A stretch of 64,000 nt of DNA from Promethearchaeota archaeon (GCA_048939625.1 JBHLPH010000006.1:28476-92475), one strand, 5' to 3'. Numbered from the stretch's first letter, positions 1-8,710 are shown. Program-made: numbers and translations. Notes: generated from the sequence alone by a model not told the origin.

Positions 1-687
1 TTGCCCGATGCAGGATTAGTTGGAACTATTGCTGGAATGCATATGGTTCAAGCCCTCAACATGCAACTGGTAGGTTATATTGACACTGAAATTATGCCGC
101 CGGTTGCCGTGATTCACAATCGGAAGGCACGACCACCAATCCAGTTATATGCAAACGATGATTTCCTGCTCATCGTTTCAGAGATTCCCCTGCCTAATGA
201 AGCTATGCGACCTGTATCTACCGCTATCTTACAGTATCTACAAGAAATAGAGCCGAAATCCATAACGGCATTGGGAGGAACACCTTTACCTCCTGCCCTT
301 CGATCGCAAATTGAGGTTCCAGAGGTTTATGGAATTGCTACAACAGAGTCAGCATATGACCAAATTATGGATAAGAAAATCAAGTTTTTAGATGAGGGAA
401 TTGTTGCTGGTGCTTACGCAATATTGCTTCTAGAGGCACAACGACAAAAGATCCCAGTAACTTACATCATGGCACAAGCTTTCCTGAATTTCCCTGATCC
501 CGGAGCAGCGGCAGAAACCATAAAGACCCTGTCTACTTTAACGGGCATTCCGATTCCTACAAAGGCACTAATTGAAGGGGCAGAAGAGGTTCGTGTTCGG
601 GTTCGAGATTTAATGAATCAAACGGCCACAACCATGCAGACTAGTGGTAAAGAACAGGAGTTCCAGATACCTGCATTTTACTCGTGA
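1..687 (+). CDS. PAC2-family protein (proteasome assembly chaperone-like, archaeal COG1938 type), 5' end cut by window edge
   Basis: The frame is open from base 1. The pattern GLVGTIAG..MPPVAVI..PPIQLY..LLIVSEIPLP..ITALGG resembles PAC2/DUF75 proteins (recognition only). Confidence 0.6.
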   Translation: MPDAGLVGTIAGMHMVQALNMQLVGYIDTEIMPPVAVIHNRKARPPIQLYANDDFLLIVSEIPLPNEAMRPVSTAILQYLQEIEPKSITALGGTPLPPALRSQIEVPEVYGIATTESAYDQIMDKKIKFLDEGIVAGAYAILLLEAQRQKIPVTYIMAQAFLNFPDPGAAAETIKTLSTLTGIPIPTKALIEGAEEVRVRVRDLMNQTATTMQTSGKEQEFQIPAFYS

Positions 688-702
688 TAGGAGGTTCAAG
701 AC

Positions 703-1173
703 ATGCCTGAAGTGAAACAGCCCAAGAAACGAAAAAATGAACTTGAACGCCTTGATGATTCAGTCAAAGATCTACAAACTCGATTTGATGAAATCTTTGG
801 CACATCGATGGGAGTACGTTCAAAGAGTCGAAATTTATGGGATGGAGATGCCTGTTGTCTTGAAGCTCTGGGTGATGTTCAAGAAACCGAAACCGAATAT
901 GTTGTGACCCTAGATTTGCCCATGGTAAACAAGGAGGATATTAAAATCACCGCATCTGATAGAGAACTCACCGTCCAGGCTAAAATGCGCGAAGAGATCC
1001 ACTATGAGAGATGGGGAACGGTCCAACGTGAAATTCGCTTTCAAAGTCTGTCAAAGAAGGTTCCCCTCCCACGAGATGCCGATGCCGACCATATCAAAGC
1101 CGGATTTAATGAAGGATTCTTAGAAATCCATATTCCCAAAAGAAAGCAGAAAAGACAGGTACAAATTGATTAG
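703..1173 (+). CDS. Hsp20/alpha-crystallin small heat-shock protein
   Basis: Alpha-crystallin domain pattern YVVTLDLPMVNKEDIKI...LTVQA...F.R.I.LP..AD...IKAGFNEGFLEIHIPK. An aggagg motif lies upstream of the ATG. Confidence 0.85.
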   Translation: MPEVKQPKKRKNELERLDDSVKDLQTRFDEIFGTSMGVRSKSRNLWDGDACCLEALGDVQETETEYVVTLDLPMVNKEDIKITASDRELTVQAKMREEIHYERWGTVQREIRFQSLSKKVPLPRDADADHIKAGFNEGFLEIHIPKRKQKRQVQID

Positions 1174-1479
1174 CCTAGCATCTGTGTCTCCGCTATTTGA
1201 TTTAACATGGCATCTGCCACATGAGGGGTTGAAGCCTAATACTGCGTCGTAATGAATTCAATACCAAGTTCACCCCCTTTTCGAGCTAAGACATCAAAGA
1301 AGGAATTCCCTCGGTCAACTATGATAACAAAGACATAGTGTACCTATTCATTGGCAAAACATTGGGCTAGATTTTCCTCGCTTGAAATTATCACGATTTC
1401 ACAGATCCTTTCGTCAAAGGTTCGCCAACTACGGCATGTTTTGTCTTCTTACAGTCTACTGTTTGCGAAACAAGCGATA

Positions 1480-1513
1480 TTTTTATATGTAGTTTTGAAT
1501 ATATATTCAAAAC
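1480..1513 (+). promoter_or_regulatory. TATA-like box (tttttatatg) followed by a 22-bp perfect palindrome gttttgaatatatattcaaaac that abuts the GTG start of the DUF134 gene
   Basis: Read directly: the palindrome occupies 1492-1513 and the TATA-like box 1480-1489, about 29 nt before the start. This would give a leaderless or very short-leader transcript. Confidence 0.45.
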
Positions 1514-1951
1514 GTGCCAAGACCACATAAGCGTAGATTCGTTCACGCCGAACCCAATGTGAGCTACTATAAACCGAGAGGCATACCCATCGGCACAATT
1601 GATGAAGTTGTTCTAACTGTCGATGAGTATGAAGCTCTTCGTGTCAAAGATCACTTGGGACTTTCTCAAAACGAAGCTGCTCAGCAGTTAAAGGTGTCCC
1701 AACCCACTTTGCATCGGATTCTAAAATCCGCTCATGCCAAAGTCGCGGATGCCTTAGTAAACGGAAAAGCCCTTCGAATTGAGGGGGGACCCATCGAGTT
1801 ACCAGATTTACGCTGGTTTAGATGTTTTACCTGTCAACACCAGTGGACGGAACCCTTTGGGACTGGTAGACCAAATAGCTGTCCTAAATGTGAGAGCCAC
1901 TATCTGCGCCGGTTAGCACTATCAGAAGTTAATGAACAAGGAGATGTATGA
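1514..1951 (+). CDS. DUF134 (UPF0251) putative DNA-binding protein with C-terminal zinc ribbon
   Basis: N-terminus MPRPHKRRFV, LTVDEYEALRVKDHLGLSQNEAAQQLKVSQPTLHRIL (sigma-70 region-4-like HTH) and a C-terminal CFTCQH..CPKC motif. GTG start. Confidence 0.8.
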   Translation: MPRPHKRRFVHAEPNVSYYKPRGIPIGTIDEVVLTVDEYEALRVKDHLGLSQNEAAQQLKVSQPTLHRILKSAHAKVADALVNGKALRIEGGPIELPDLRWFRCFTCQHQWTEPFGTGRPNSCPKCESHYLRRLALSEVNEQGDV

Positions 1952-2369
1952 AACGAAAATTTGTATAACCGCTCAAGGTCCAACCCTTGATGCCCCAATT
2001 GATTCTCGATTCGGACGATGCGCAAATTTCATTTTTGTAGACTCAAAGTCCATGAAGTTTGAAACCGTGCCTAATCCCGGAGCAATGGCAGGCGGAGGAG
2101 CTGGGATTCAAGCGGCTCAATTTGTTGTTGATCATCAAGCCCAAGTTGTCTTGACTGGTCACGTCGGACCAAACGCTTACCATGCCCTCAACTCTGGAGG
2201 CATAGAAGTATACACCGGGATTGCGGGAAGTGTACAAGATGCCATTAACCAATTCAAGAATAACCAGCTCACTAAGGCATCTTCATCAACCGCGCCTGCC
2301 CATACGGGAATGGGTCGACGTGGCGGAGGACGTGGTGGAGGACGCGGTGGGGGCCGCGATCGATGGTAA
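1932..2369 (+). CDS. NifX/NifB-C-terminal-type (dinitrogenase FeMo-cofactor biosynthesis domain, PF02579-like) protein with C-terminal RGG tail
   Basis: KICITAQG..DSRFGRCANFIFVD..GGGAGIQAAQFVVDHQAQVVLTGHVGPNAYHALNSGGIEVY. The tail is GRRGGGRGGGRGGGRDRW. Confidence 0.8.
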   Translation: MNKEMYETKICITAQGPTLDAPIDSRFGRCANFIFVDSKSMKFETVPNPGAMAGGGAGIQAAQFVVDHQAQVVLTGHVGPNAYHALNSGGIEVYTGIAGSVQDAINQFKNNQLTKASSSTAPAHTGMGRRGGGRGGGRGGGRDRW

Positions 2370-2402
2370 AAATGCTCAAATGAATTTTAGGAGATGTGCA
2401 AT

Positions 2403-2777
2403 ATGGTTGAACGTGTTGTTGTTCCTGTCTTGGATGAGGCAGGTGAAGCAAGCCAATTATCTCCACATTTTGGTCGAGCTCCACTCTTTGCAATCGTTCA
2501 TTTCTCAGAGAATAGAGAGATTGGGAAAATTGAGTTCGCCCCTAATAGGAGTGAGCATTTCGGAGGACAAGGACGGCCCCCAGATATTCTTCTTAGCTTT
2601 GTACCAAATACAGTTATCACCTTTGGTATGGGTCCTCGAGCCCTTCGACGATTCCAAGCAGAGGGTGTTGCGGTCATGCAAGCAACATCACAGAATTTAG
2701 GCGAAGTCCTTAGAGCGTATCAGAACGACCAATTGATGGAATTAACTGAAGGATGTCGTGAAGCACGGCATAAATAA
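2403..2777 (+). CDS. Second NifX/NifB-C-terminal-type cluster-binding domain protein
   Basis: VVVPVLDEAG..LSPHFGRAPLFAIV...TVITFGMGPRALRRFQAEGVAVMQA. ATG 2403 is preferred because GGAG lies 9 nt upstream; ATG 2394 is also possible. Confidence 0.75.
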   Translation: MVERVVVPVLDEAGEASQLSPHFGRAPLFAIVHFSENREIGKIEFAPNRSEHFGGQGRPPDILLSFVPNTVITFGMGPRALRRFQAEGVAVMQATSQNLGEVLRAYQNDQLMELTEGCREARHK

Positions 2778-2819
2778 TTGGATGCTTTTCATTGCGTTTG
2801 GATTAAGGTGTAAAATAGA

Positions 2820-3665
2820 TTGAAAATTGCCGTTGCTAGCGGAAAAGGAGGAACGGGAAAAACATCGTTTGCTGTGAACCTGGCCCTCTCCTTATCTAGC
2901 CCTGTCCAAATATTAGACTGTGATGCAGATGAACCAAATGTACATACTCTTCTTCCGTTAAACGAGGAAGAAGTTGAACCCGTGTATACATTGGTACCTA
3001 AATTCAATCAGAAAAAATGCACTCAATCAAAAGAGTGTGTTAAATTCTGCCCTAATAATGCCATCTTTGTTGGTAAAAATGGGGTTAGTTTCTTTCCAGA
3101 ACTGTGCATCGGTTGTGGGGGTTGTATTATCGTTTGCCCAAATCAAGCGATTAAAGAAGGCAAACGCAGATTGGGTGCAATCCATCATGGGGTTACAAAA
3201 GAAGGTGTGCAAGTTGTTTATGGAAACCTCGATGTCGGTGAACCCCTTGTCGTCCCAGTAATCAAGGCTGTTAAAGAACACGCTAGTATAAGTAATGAAA
3301 CCACCGTGATTATCGATTGTCCGCCAGGTGTTTCTTGCCCCATGGTTGAATCAGTGCATGGCACAGATTATGCTATTTTAGTAACTGAACCAACTCCTTT
3401 TGGCTTACATGATCTGCAGCTGGCTGTTGACACTATCCGTCAGCTGGAAATCCCAATCGGGGTTGTGGTTAATAGAGCAGGAATTGGAGATCAGCATGTA
3501 TACTCCTATTGTTCCAGCGAAGACCTTCCTATCTTGTTAGAAATTCCCCATAGTCGTCGAATTGCAGAATTATTCGCTGAAGGTATCCCATTTGTCACTA
3601 AAATGATTGAATGGAAACCGAAACTGGAAACTGCTTTCCAAACGATTCAGGAGGCTATCCGCTGA
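2820..3665 (+). CDS. MinD/ParA-superfamily P-loop ATPase with inserted 2x[4Fe-4S] ferredoxin domain (COG1149 type)
   Basis: Deviant Walker A ASGKGGTGKTS. The insert carries C..KECVKFCP and CIGCGGCIIVCP. TTG start. Confidence 0.85.
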   Translation: MKIAVASGKGGTGKTSFAVNLALSLSSPVQILDCDADEPNVHTLLPLNEEEVEPVYTLVPKFNQKKCTQSKECVKFCPNNAIFVGKNGVSFFPELCIGCGGCIIVCPNQAIKEGKRRLGAIHHGVTKEGVQVVYGNLDVGEPLVVPVIKAVKEHASISNETTVIIDCPPGVSCPMVESVHGTDYAILVTEPTPFGLHDLQLAVDTIRQLEIPIGVVVNRAGIGDQHVYSYCSSEDLPILLEIPHSRRIAELFAEGIPFVTKMIEWKPKLETAFQTIQEAIR

Positions 3666-4537
3666 TGAAAGAGCTTGTGATTGTAAGTGGAAAAGGCGGA
3701 ACAGGAAAGACATCCATTGCTGCTTCATTAGCCGCTTTAGCGCCGAATGCAATTTTGGCAGACTGTGATGTTGATGCCCCTAACCTGCATCTACTGCTTG
3801 CTCCTGAAATCAAATCTTCCGAAGAATTCATTGAGGCGAAAGTCGCCATAATTAATCCCGAATTATGTACCAGTTGTGGTGTTTGTGAAGCTGCATGCAA
3901 ATTTGATGCAATAACACCTGATTACCAAGTTGACCCAATTATGTGTGAAGGGTGCGGAGTCTGTTACGTAAGCTGTCCAACCTCAGCAATTGAGATGCAA
4001 GAACGACTTTCAGGTTACATCTATTCTTCCGAAACCAAGTATGGTCCTATGGCTCATGCCCTCTTGCTTGCAGGTGAAAGTAATTCAGGAAAACTAGTAA
4101 CGCGTGTACGAGAACTCGCATCGAAATTAGCAACACAGCATGAGAAGGATCTTATCATAATTGATGGGCCACCAGGTATAGCTTGTGCAGCCATATCAGC
4201 AATTACTGGTGCTTCAGCGGGTCTCATTGTTACTGAACCCACAATGGCTGCTATTCATGATATGGAAAGAATCCTTGAACTTTTCGAACACTTTCGCATC
4301 CCTGTGAGTGTACTCATTAACAAAGCCGATTTGAACCGACAAAAAACTTCTGAAATTCGGAACTATTGTCAGCAGAAAGGTACACCCATTTTAGGTGAAT
4401 TGCTTTATGATACCATTATGTACAAAGCCGTTGTTGCTGGACGTCCTATTGTTGAATTCGCACCAAGGAATCACCTCTCCAAGGCTTTAGAAAATATATG
4501 GAAAAACGTTGAGCAACAGCTCAACGCCCATGATTAA
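3665..4537 (+). CDS. Second MinD/ParA-type ATPase with inserted ferredoxin domain
   Basis: MKELVIVSGKGGTGKTS, CTSCGVCEAACK and CEGCGVCYVSCP. ATG 3665 overlaps the upstream TGA (TGATG) and is preferred over the track start at 3611. Confidence 0.85.
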   Translation: MKELVIVSGKGGTGKTSIAASLAALAPNAILADCDVDAPNLHLLLAPEIKSSEEFIEAKVAIINPELCTSCGVCEAACKFDAITPDYQVDPIMCEGCGVCYVSCPTSAIEMQERLSGYIYSSETKYGPMAHALLLAGESNSGKLVTRVRELASKLATQHEKDLIIIDGPPGIACAAISAITGASAGLIVTEPTMAAIHDMERILELFEHFRIPVSVLINKADLNRQKTSEIRNYCQQKGTPILGELLYDTIMYKAVVAGRPIVEFAPRNHLSKALENIWKNVEQQLNAHD

Positions 4538-4588
4538 AAAAATGGGGAACCGTCTTGATCTGATTCTGATGTAGTAGGGTGCCGAAGA

Positions 4589-4873
4589 CTATTTGCTAAT
4601 TTTTGCTCCACAGCTAGGACAATAATTAGCGTCGATTGGGAGGGGAGCGCTACATTTAGTACAGAAATTTATGTTGGATGCGAATTGGTTTGGGAAGGGA
4701 GGGGTTTGTTCAGAAGCGGATCCTTGATTTTGTTGTTGTGAGTATAGGTACCAGCAACTACCACGCCCATAGAGCCAACCGGGTCGTTGCCATGGAGGCA
4801 GATGTGAGAAAGGTCCATTACCTGGCCATTGGCCTTGATTGCGTCCACGTCCTCGATTTCCACGTTGCCACAT
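4589..4873 (-). CDS. Small zinc-ribbon protein with RG/Q-rich N-terminal low-complexity region
   Basis: C-terminal FCTKCSAPL...YCPSCGAKI and N-terminal MWQRGNRGRGRNQGQW. A GAGGTGAT motif lies 8 nt upstream of the ATG. Confidence 0.55.
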   Translation of the reverse strand: MWQRGNRGRGRNQGQWPGNGPFSHLPPWQRPGWLYGRGSCWYLYSQQQNQGSASEQTPPFPNQFASNINFCTKCSAPLPIDANYCPSCGAKISK

Positions 4874-4890
4874 TTAGGTTATCACCTCTT

Positions 4891-4943
4891 TTTGTGTTTA
4901 TGCACACAAGTATTTTGTGTATATGCACAGAAATATATAAATG
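4891..4943. promoter_or_regulatory. Divergent promoter region with two copies of a 16-nt direct repeat (tttgtgtTtatgcaca / tttgtgtAtatgcaca), followed by a TATA-like aaatatataaatg
   Basis: Read directly: the repeats occupy 4891-4906 and 4914-4929 (23-nt spacing), each with a TGTG-N6-CACA core. The TATA-like box is at 4931-4943, about 35 nt before ATG 4974. Confidence 0.4.
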
Positions 4944-4973
4944 TATCCAACCAGCAATTGTTAATGAACAAAA

Positions 4974-5297
4974 ATGAGATATCGTCGTGGATGGGGCGGC
5001 CGCGGACGTCCGCCAAAACCAGTTAGTTTAGGCCAGGTACCTGCACAGACCTCTTTTATCCCAACCGAGATTAAAAACAGTAACCCCCTACACCTCTACG
5101 CATCAGAACTTGAAGCAATGCGCCTTGTAGACAAGGATAGCCTGGAGCAAAAGGATGCAGGAAAAAAAATGGGAGTGTCTCGAGGAACGGTATGGCGTCT
5201 TCTTCAAAGCGGTCGAAAGAAAGTCATTACTGCACTAACAGAAAGCCGTCCTTTGATAATTGTTGTCAAGGACGATAAGCTTCCAGAAAAATATTGA
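4974..5297 (+). CDS. DUF134 (UPF0251) putative DNA-binding protein, second copy
   Basis: MRYRRGWGGRGRPPKP...LYASELEAMRLVDKDSLEQKDAGKKMGVSRGTVWRLLQSGRKKV, paralogous to the ORF at 1514-1951. Confidence 0.8.
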   Translation: MRYRRGWGGRGRPPKPVSLGQVPAQTSFIPTEIKNSNPLHLYASELEAMRLVDKDSLEQKDAGKKMGVSRGTVWRLLQSGRKKVITALTESRPLIIVVKDDKLPEKY

Positions 5298-5333
5298 AGA
5301 TAGGTCCAAAGGATAAGAGAAGGACTAACGGTC

Positions 5334-6329
5334 ATGGATTTGGTTTATGGCCCAGTAATGTCGTGGCGGTTCGGAAGGTCTTTAGGAATTGATCCTGTTC
5401 CGCCCCCTAAAAGATGTACCTTTAACTGTATTTACTGTCAATTAGGACCCACGCAATTTCCTGTAAAATCTATATCGCGAGCCCAGCATGCATTCCCTCA
5501 CACCGAGATGTTACGGAAGAATCTTGAGAATTATCTCCGTCAATTGTCTGTTGAGAGTTTAGATGTGGTGACGTTTTCGGGTTCTGGTGAGCCCACTCTT
5601 AACTTAGAATTAGGATCAATGGTGAAAATCGTACGTAAACAGGTTCCAGAGCTGCCTGTTGTATTATTAACAAATGGATCGGTATTAGGAAATCGAAGAG
5701 TACTAAGAAACCTTAGGGAATTTGACATTGTCACAATTAAATTCGATGCTGGGAATGATGCAACCCACCGTGTAATTAACAGACCGCTGATTGCATTCCG
5801 TCATGCCCAACTGATTAAAGCCATTCATGAATTTCGAAAAATAAGTGATGTTACGATAGCTCTTGAAGTAATGCTACTGAAAACGGACTCCGGGTTTTCA
5901 TCAATAAGTGGAGCAGCCCGTGAGTCTTTAGTGCAGGAATTAATTAAAGTTGCACCAGTTGTGGATTTGATTCAGCTTTACACGCCTTGGCGACCACCTA
6001 GTAATAAACATGTAAAGCCAATTGAAAAATCCGAATTAGTGGATTTTGCTTCTACACTTGAAGATACATACGAACCGGAACGAATTTGGATTTACGGTAT
6101 TCATGATGCACGAAAAGAGAGTGCCACTTGGAAGGCGCACCAATCCCTACAAACTGATTTGTTAACCATGCTTCAGCGTCGCCCATGTCGACTCAGGGAT
6201 TTATCACAATCACTTGATATTCCAGCTCATTCCTTAATCTCAATGATTTCGCAACTTCGCCGAACACGCCAAATCATCACTAGAGAACAGACCAATGAAG
6301 TCTTTTATTATGCTCCGATTGAAAGTTAA
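5334..6329 (+). CDS. Radical SAM protein with C-terminal winged-helix-like domain
   Basis: CTFNCIYC (CX3CX2C) near the N-terminus after YGPVMSWRFGRSLGI. The C-terminal segment RLRDLSQSLDIPAHSLISMISQLRRTRQII looks like a wHTH. Confidence 0.8.
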   Translation: MDLVYGPVMSWRFGRSLGIDPVPPPKRCTFNCIYCQLGPTQFPVKSISRAQHAFPHTEMLRKNLENYLRQLSVESLDVVTFSGSGEPTLNLELGSMVKIVRKQVPELPVVLLTNGSVLGNRRVLRNLREFDIVTIKFDAGNDATHRVINRPLIAFRHAQLIKAIHEFRKISDVTIALEVMLLKTDSGFSSISGAARESLVQELIKVAPVVDLIQLYTPWRPPSNKHVKPIEKSELVDFASTLEDTYEPERIWIYGIHDARKESATWKAHQSLQTDLLTMLQRRPCRLRDLSQSLDIPAHSLISMISQLRRTRQIITREQTNEVFYYAPIES

Positions 6330-7588
6330 TCGTTAGGAAAGTATTTGTTTGGATCTTCATGGAATACTTTCTCAGCGGTTTTATTCGCACCAGGCGTATC
6401 TAGTTCTAAATCACGCTTTGTACCTTTGGATTCATGAAGAACTTCTTTGAAAACATCACTTTGGATTATCAGCCGCATGATTTCGCTACTTCCTGTCCAA
6501 ATAGTGGCAAGACGGGCATCACGGAATAACCTCTCGATGGGATAGACGTCGGTGTATCCAATTCCTCCTAGAATTTGCATAGACTCTGAAACAGATTGAA
6601 GACATGCCTCTGTGGCGAAGAGCTTGGCTTGAGAGACAGCTTTCCGACTGGGGTTACCTGCATCAGCAAGACGTGCAGCGCGGTAGATAAGACCACGCGC
6701 AGCATCCAAGGCTGTGGCACAATCAGCAATTTTGAAGCTGATTCCTTCAAATCGGCTAATAGTTTTGCCAAAGGCTTCGCGTCGTGCAGCATAGCGGATA
6801 GCAAGTTCTAACGCAGCCTGCCCTAATCCGATCGCTCCTGCAGCGGAGGTAAGTCGTTCAGGCACCATCATGGCATTGAAAATGTCAGTGGCACCATCTA
6901 ATTTTCCAATCAGGTTTGTTTTAGGCACTTTTACATCTTTTAGGACAATTCGGGCAGCTCCCATCCCTCGGCAGCCCATAAGGCTGTAGTGTTCATCGAC
7001 TTCAACGCCCATATCTCGATCCACAAGGAAGGCACTCATTGACTTATGAGGAGGAGCCTTTGTGTTGGTCTTTGCATATATCAAGAAATAGTCCGCGCCA
7101 ATGCCACCTGCTACGAATCGTTTCTCACCATTGATTACAAAATGATTACCTTGGGGGACTGCTGAGGTTATTGTGCCAAAGAAATCAGACCCACCTCGCG
7201 GTTCAGTAAGTCCTTCGGCACAAATTTTTTCACCCCGAAGTGTTGGAGCGAGGTAGGTTTTCTTTTGAGCGGTTGAACCGAAGAGATTGATAGCCTCTCC
7301 CACGATACTTGGAAGAGAATAGGCACAGCCTAAGGCGATTCCTAAAACGCCGATTTCCTCGATAGCCAGCATTTCGGAGACCCAATTGAGATTGCGTCCA
7401 GCGAATTGTTTTGGAAAACGCAAACCGATGAGGTTGGCCTTAGTTGCCGCCTTAATGAAGTCGTATGGGTATTCTTGCTCATTTCCATCCATCCGAATAA
7501 TTAGGCTGGGATCAACTTTATTTCGCACAAACTCCCGAACTTCATCTCGGATTTGTCGTTCACCGTCGGTGAGTAATATATCAAACAT
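6326..7588 (-). CDS. Acyl-CoA dehydrogenase
   Basis: Full-length ACAD pattern (GLTEPRGGSDF, ..QILGGIGYT.., IWTGSSEI). ATG 7588 has GAGGTG upstream and is preferred over TTG 7606. Confidence 0.9.
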   Translation of the reverse strand: MFDILLTDGERQIRDEVREFVRNKVDPSLIIRMDGNEQEYPYDFIKAATKANLIGLRFPKQFAGRNLNWVSEMLAIEEIGVLGIALGCAYSLPSIVGEAINLFGSTAQKKTYLAPTLRGEKICAEGLTEPRGGSDFFGTITSAVPQGNHFVINGEKRFVAGGIGADYFLIYAKTNTKAPPHKSMSAFLVDRDMGVEVDEHYSLMGCRGMGAARIVLKDVKVPKTNLIGKLDGATDIFNAMMVPERLTSAAGAIGLGQAALELAIRYAARREAFGKTISRFEGISFKIADCATALDAARGLIYRAARLADAGNPSRKAVSQAKLFATEACLQSVSESMQILGGIGYTDVYPIERLFRDARLATIWTGSSEIMRLIIQSDVFKEVLHESKGTKRDLELDTPGANKTAEKVFHEDPNKYFPND

Positions 7589-7638
7589 GCTGACACCTCT
7601 TTTCAAGATTGTTCAGAGTATTTGTATACCTTATAATG

Positions 7639-7995
7639 TTAGTCTAATAAAGCGCTTAAGGTGTTGGATTCGGATGCTGTTCGCATAATGATTATGGCAT
7701 CCTCCGGACAGACCATTTCACAAGCAAGACATTCCAGACACGCAGTTTCTTCGACAGGATCAGCTTTGATTTCCCCGGATGCACTTTCGAATGGTTCAAA
7801 AACATCCTCTGGACATACCTTGATGCATTTCAAGCAGCCAGTGCAACTATCAAAATCAACGGCCACTCGAGTTCCATGAATCCCATGATGCGAAGTGCCA
7901 GATTGCCATACCCAATGGTTATGATGGCGGTTCGTTTGTTTCCATTTTGATTGGAAGCTTGGGTCGATTGGCATTGGTATCACGATTTCGCACAC
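7639..7995 (-). CDS. 2x[4Fe-4S] ferredoxin-domain protein
   Basis: CTGCLKCIKVCP and CLECLACEMVCP. The start is uncertain (GTG 7995 or ATG 7974). Confidence 0.7.
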   Translation of the reverse strand: MCEIVIPMPIDPSFQSKWKQTNRHHNHWVWQSGTSHHGIHGTRVAVDFDSCTGCLKCIKVCPEDVFEPFESASGEIKADPVEETACLECLACEMVCPEDAIIIMRTASESNTLSALLD

Positions 7996-8140
7996 ATATT
8001 ATTGACAGGTCGTCGGTTCTCTAACCATCTGATAGTGCCCGTATATCTTAAGTACAGTGATGGTTCGAGATGGTGTCAAATGTGTTTGCAGAATTACTCT
8101 CTACACAGATGGGGTGTTCCAAATCTCACGGATAAAGGGA

Positions 8141-8641
8141 ATGCAAATAACTTCGCTTTCTAAGCACAATCTCGAGATAGCAGCACGAATCTATGCGCAG
8201 GGTCTATTAATGGAAGAACCGCCTGGCTCCTCCGAGTCCTTAGAGGAGTTGGTAGAGTTAATGCGACTCCATTTGCAAACAGCTTTGGATGTCAGAACGA
8301 ATAGGCGTATTTGGCTTGCAATAGTCAAAGAACAAGTGAAAGGCCTCGTTGATTTCTATCATCGTCAAAGTGAACTCTTTATTCGATTTATCTGTGCAAT
8401 TCCTCCTCGTAAGGGCGTTGGGACTTGGCTTCTACAAAAACTAGCCCAGTATGCAATAAATCATAGAATTGATATAGTGAACGCCACGGTAAGTTCTCGT
8501 GATTCCCGCGCTCAGCGTTTTTATTTTCAACACTTGAATTTTCAAAAGACTGGAAGTCGAATAGATGAGCTAGGATTAGAATTGTATCTGGCTGAGATTT
8601 CTTCTCAAACCTTGTTAGAGAACTGTATTCGACGGGAATGA
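8141..8641 (+). CDS. GNAT-family N-acetyltransferase (probable)
   Basis: Motif-A-like PPRKGVGTWLLQKLAQYA and ..RAQRFYFQHLNFQKTG. ATG 8141 is preferred over the longer track ORF. Confidence 0.6.
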   Translation: MQITSLSKHNLEIAARIYAQGLLMEEPPGSSESLEELVELMRLHLQTALDVRTNRRIWLAIVKEQVKGLVDFYHRQSELFIRFICAIPPRKGVGTWLLQKLAQYAINHRIDIVNATVSSRDSRAQRFYFQHLNFQKTGSRIDELGLELYLAEISSQTLLENCIRRE

Positions 8642-8710
8642 AAAAAGAGAAAGAGGAACCTTCACGTCCAGGAGGGGACATGAAGGCTATTATGGATAAA
8701 TCGGGGAGAA

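Noticed and set aside
1174-1479. Stop-interrupted minus-strand ORF fragments (e.g. ...CEIVIISSEENLAQCFANE*VHYVFVIIVDRGNSFFDVLARKGGELGIEFITTQY*) in the 340-nt gap after hsp20, possibly a decayed small gene
   Set aside because: The fragments are very short, I recognise no family, and I cannot distinguish them from chance ORFs without a homology search.
2221-2700. A 159-aa plus-strand ORF spanning the junction of the two NifX-like genes
   Set aside because: It is an alternative frame overlapping two genes that have clear family motifs. It has no motifs of its own.
1932-2777. NifX/NifB-like domains as evidence for nitrogen fixation
   Set aside because: No nifH, nifD, nifK, nifE or nifN is present. 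The context (MinD-ferredoxin ATPases and DUF134) fits the non-nitrogenase ORP-type gene set.
3611-3664. A longer start (ATG 3611) for the second MinD-ferredoxin ATPase, overlapping the first by 55 nt
   Set aside because: ATG 3665 gives the canonical MKELVIVSGKGGTGKTS N-terminus and a TGATG stop-start junction.
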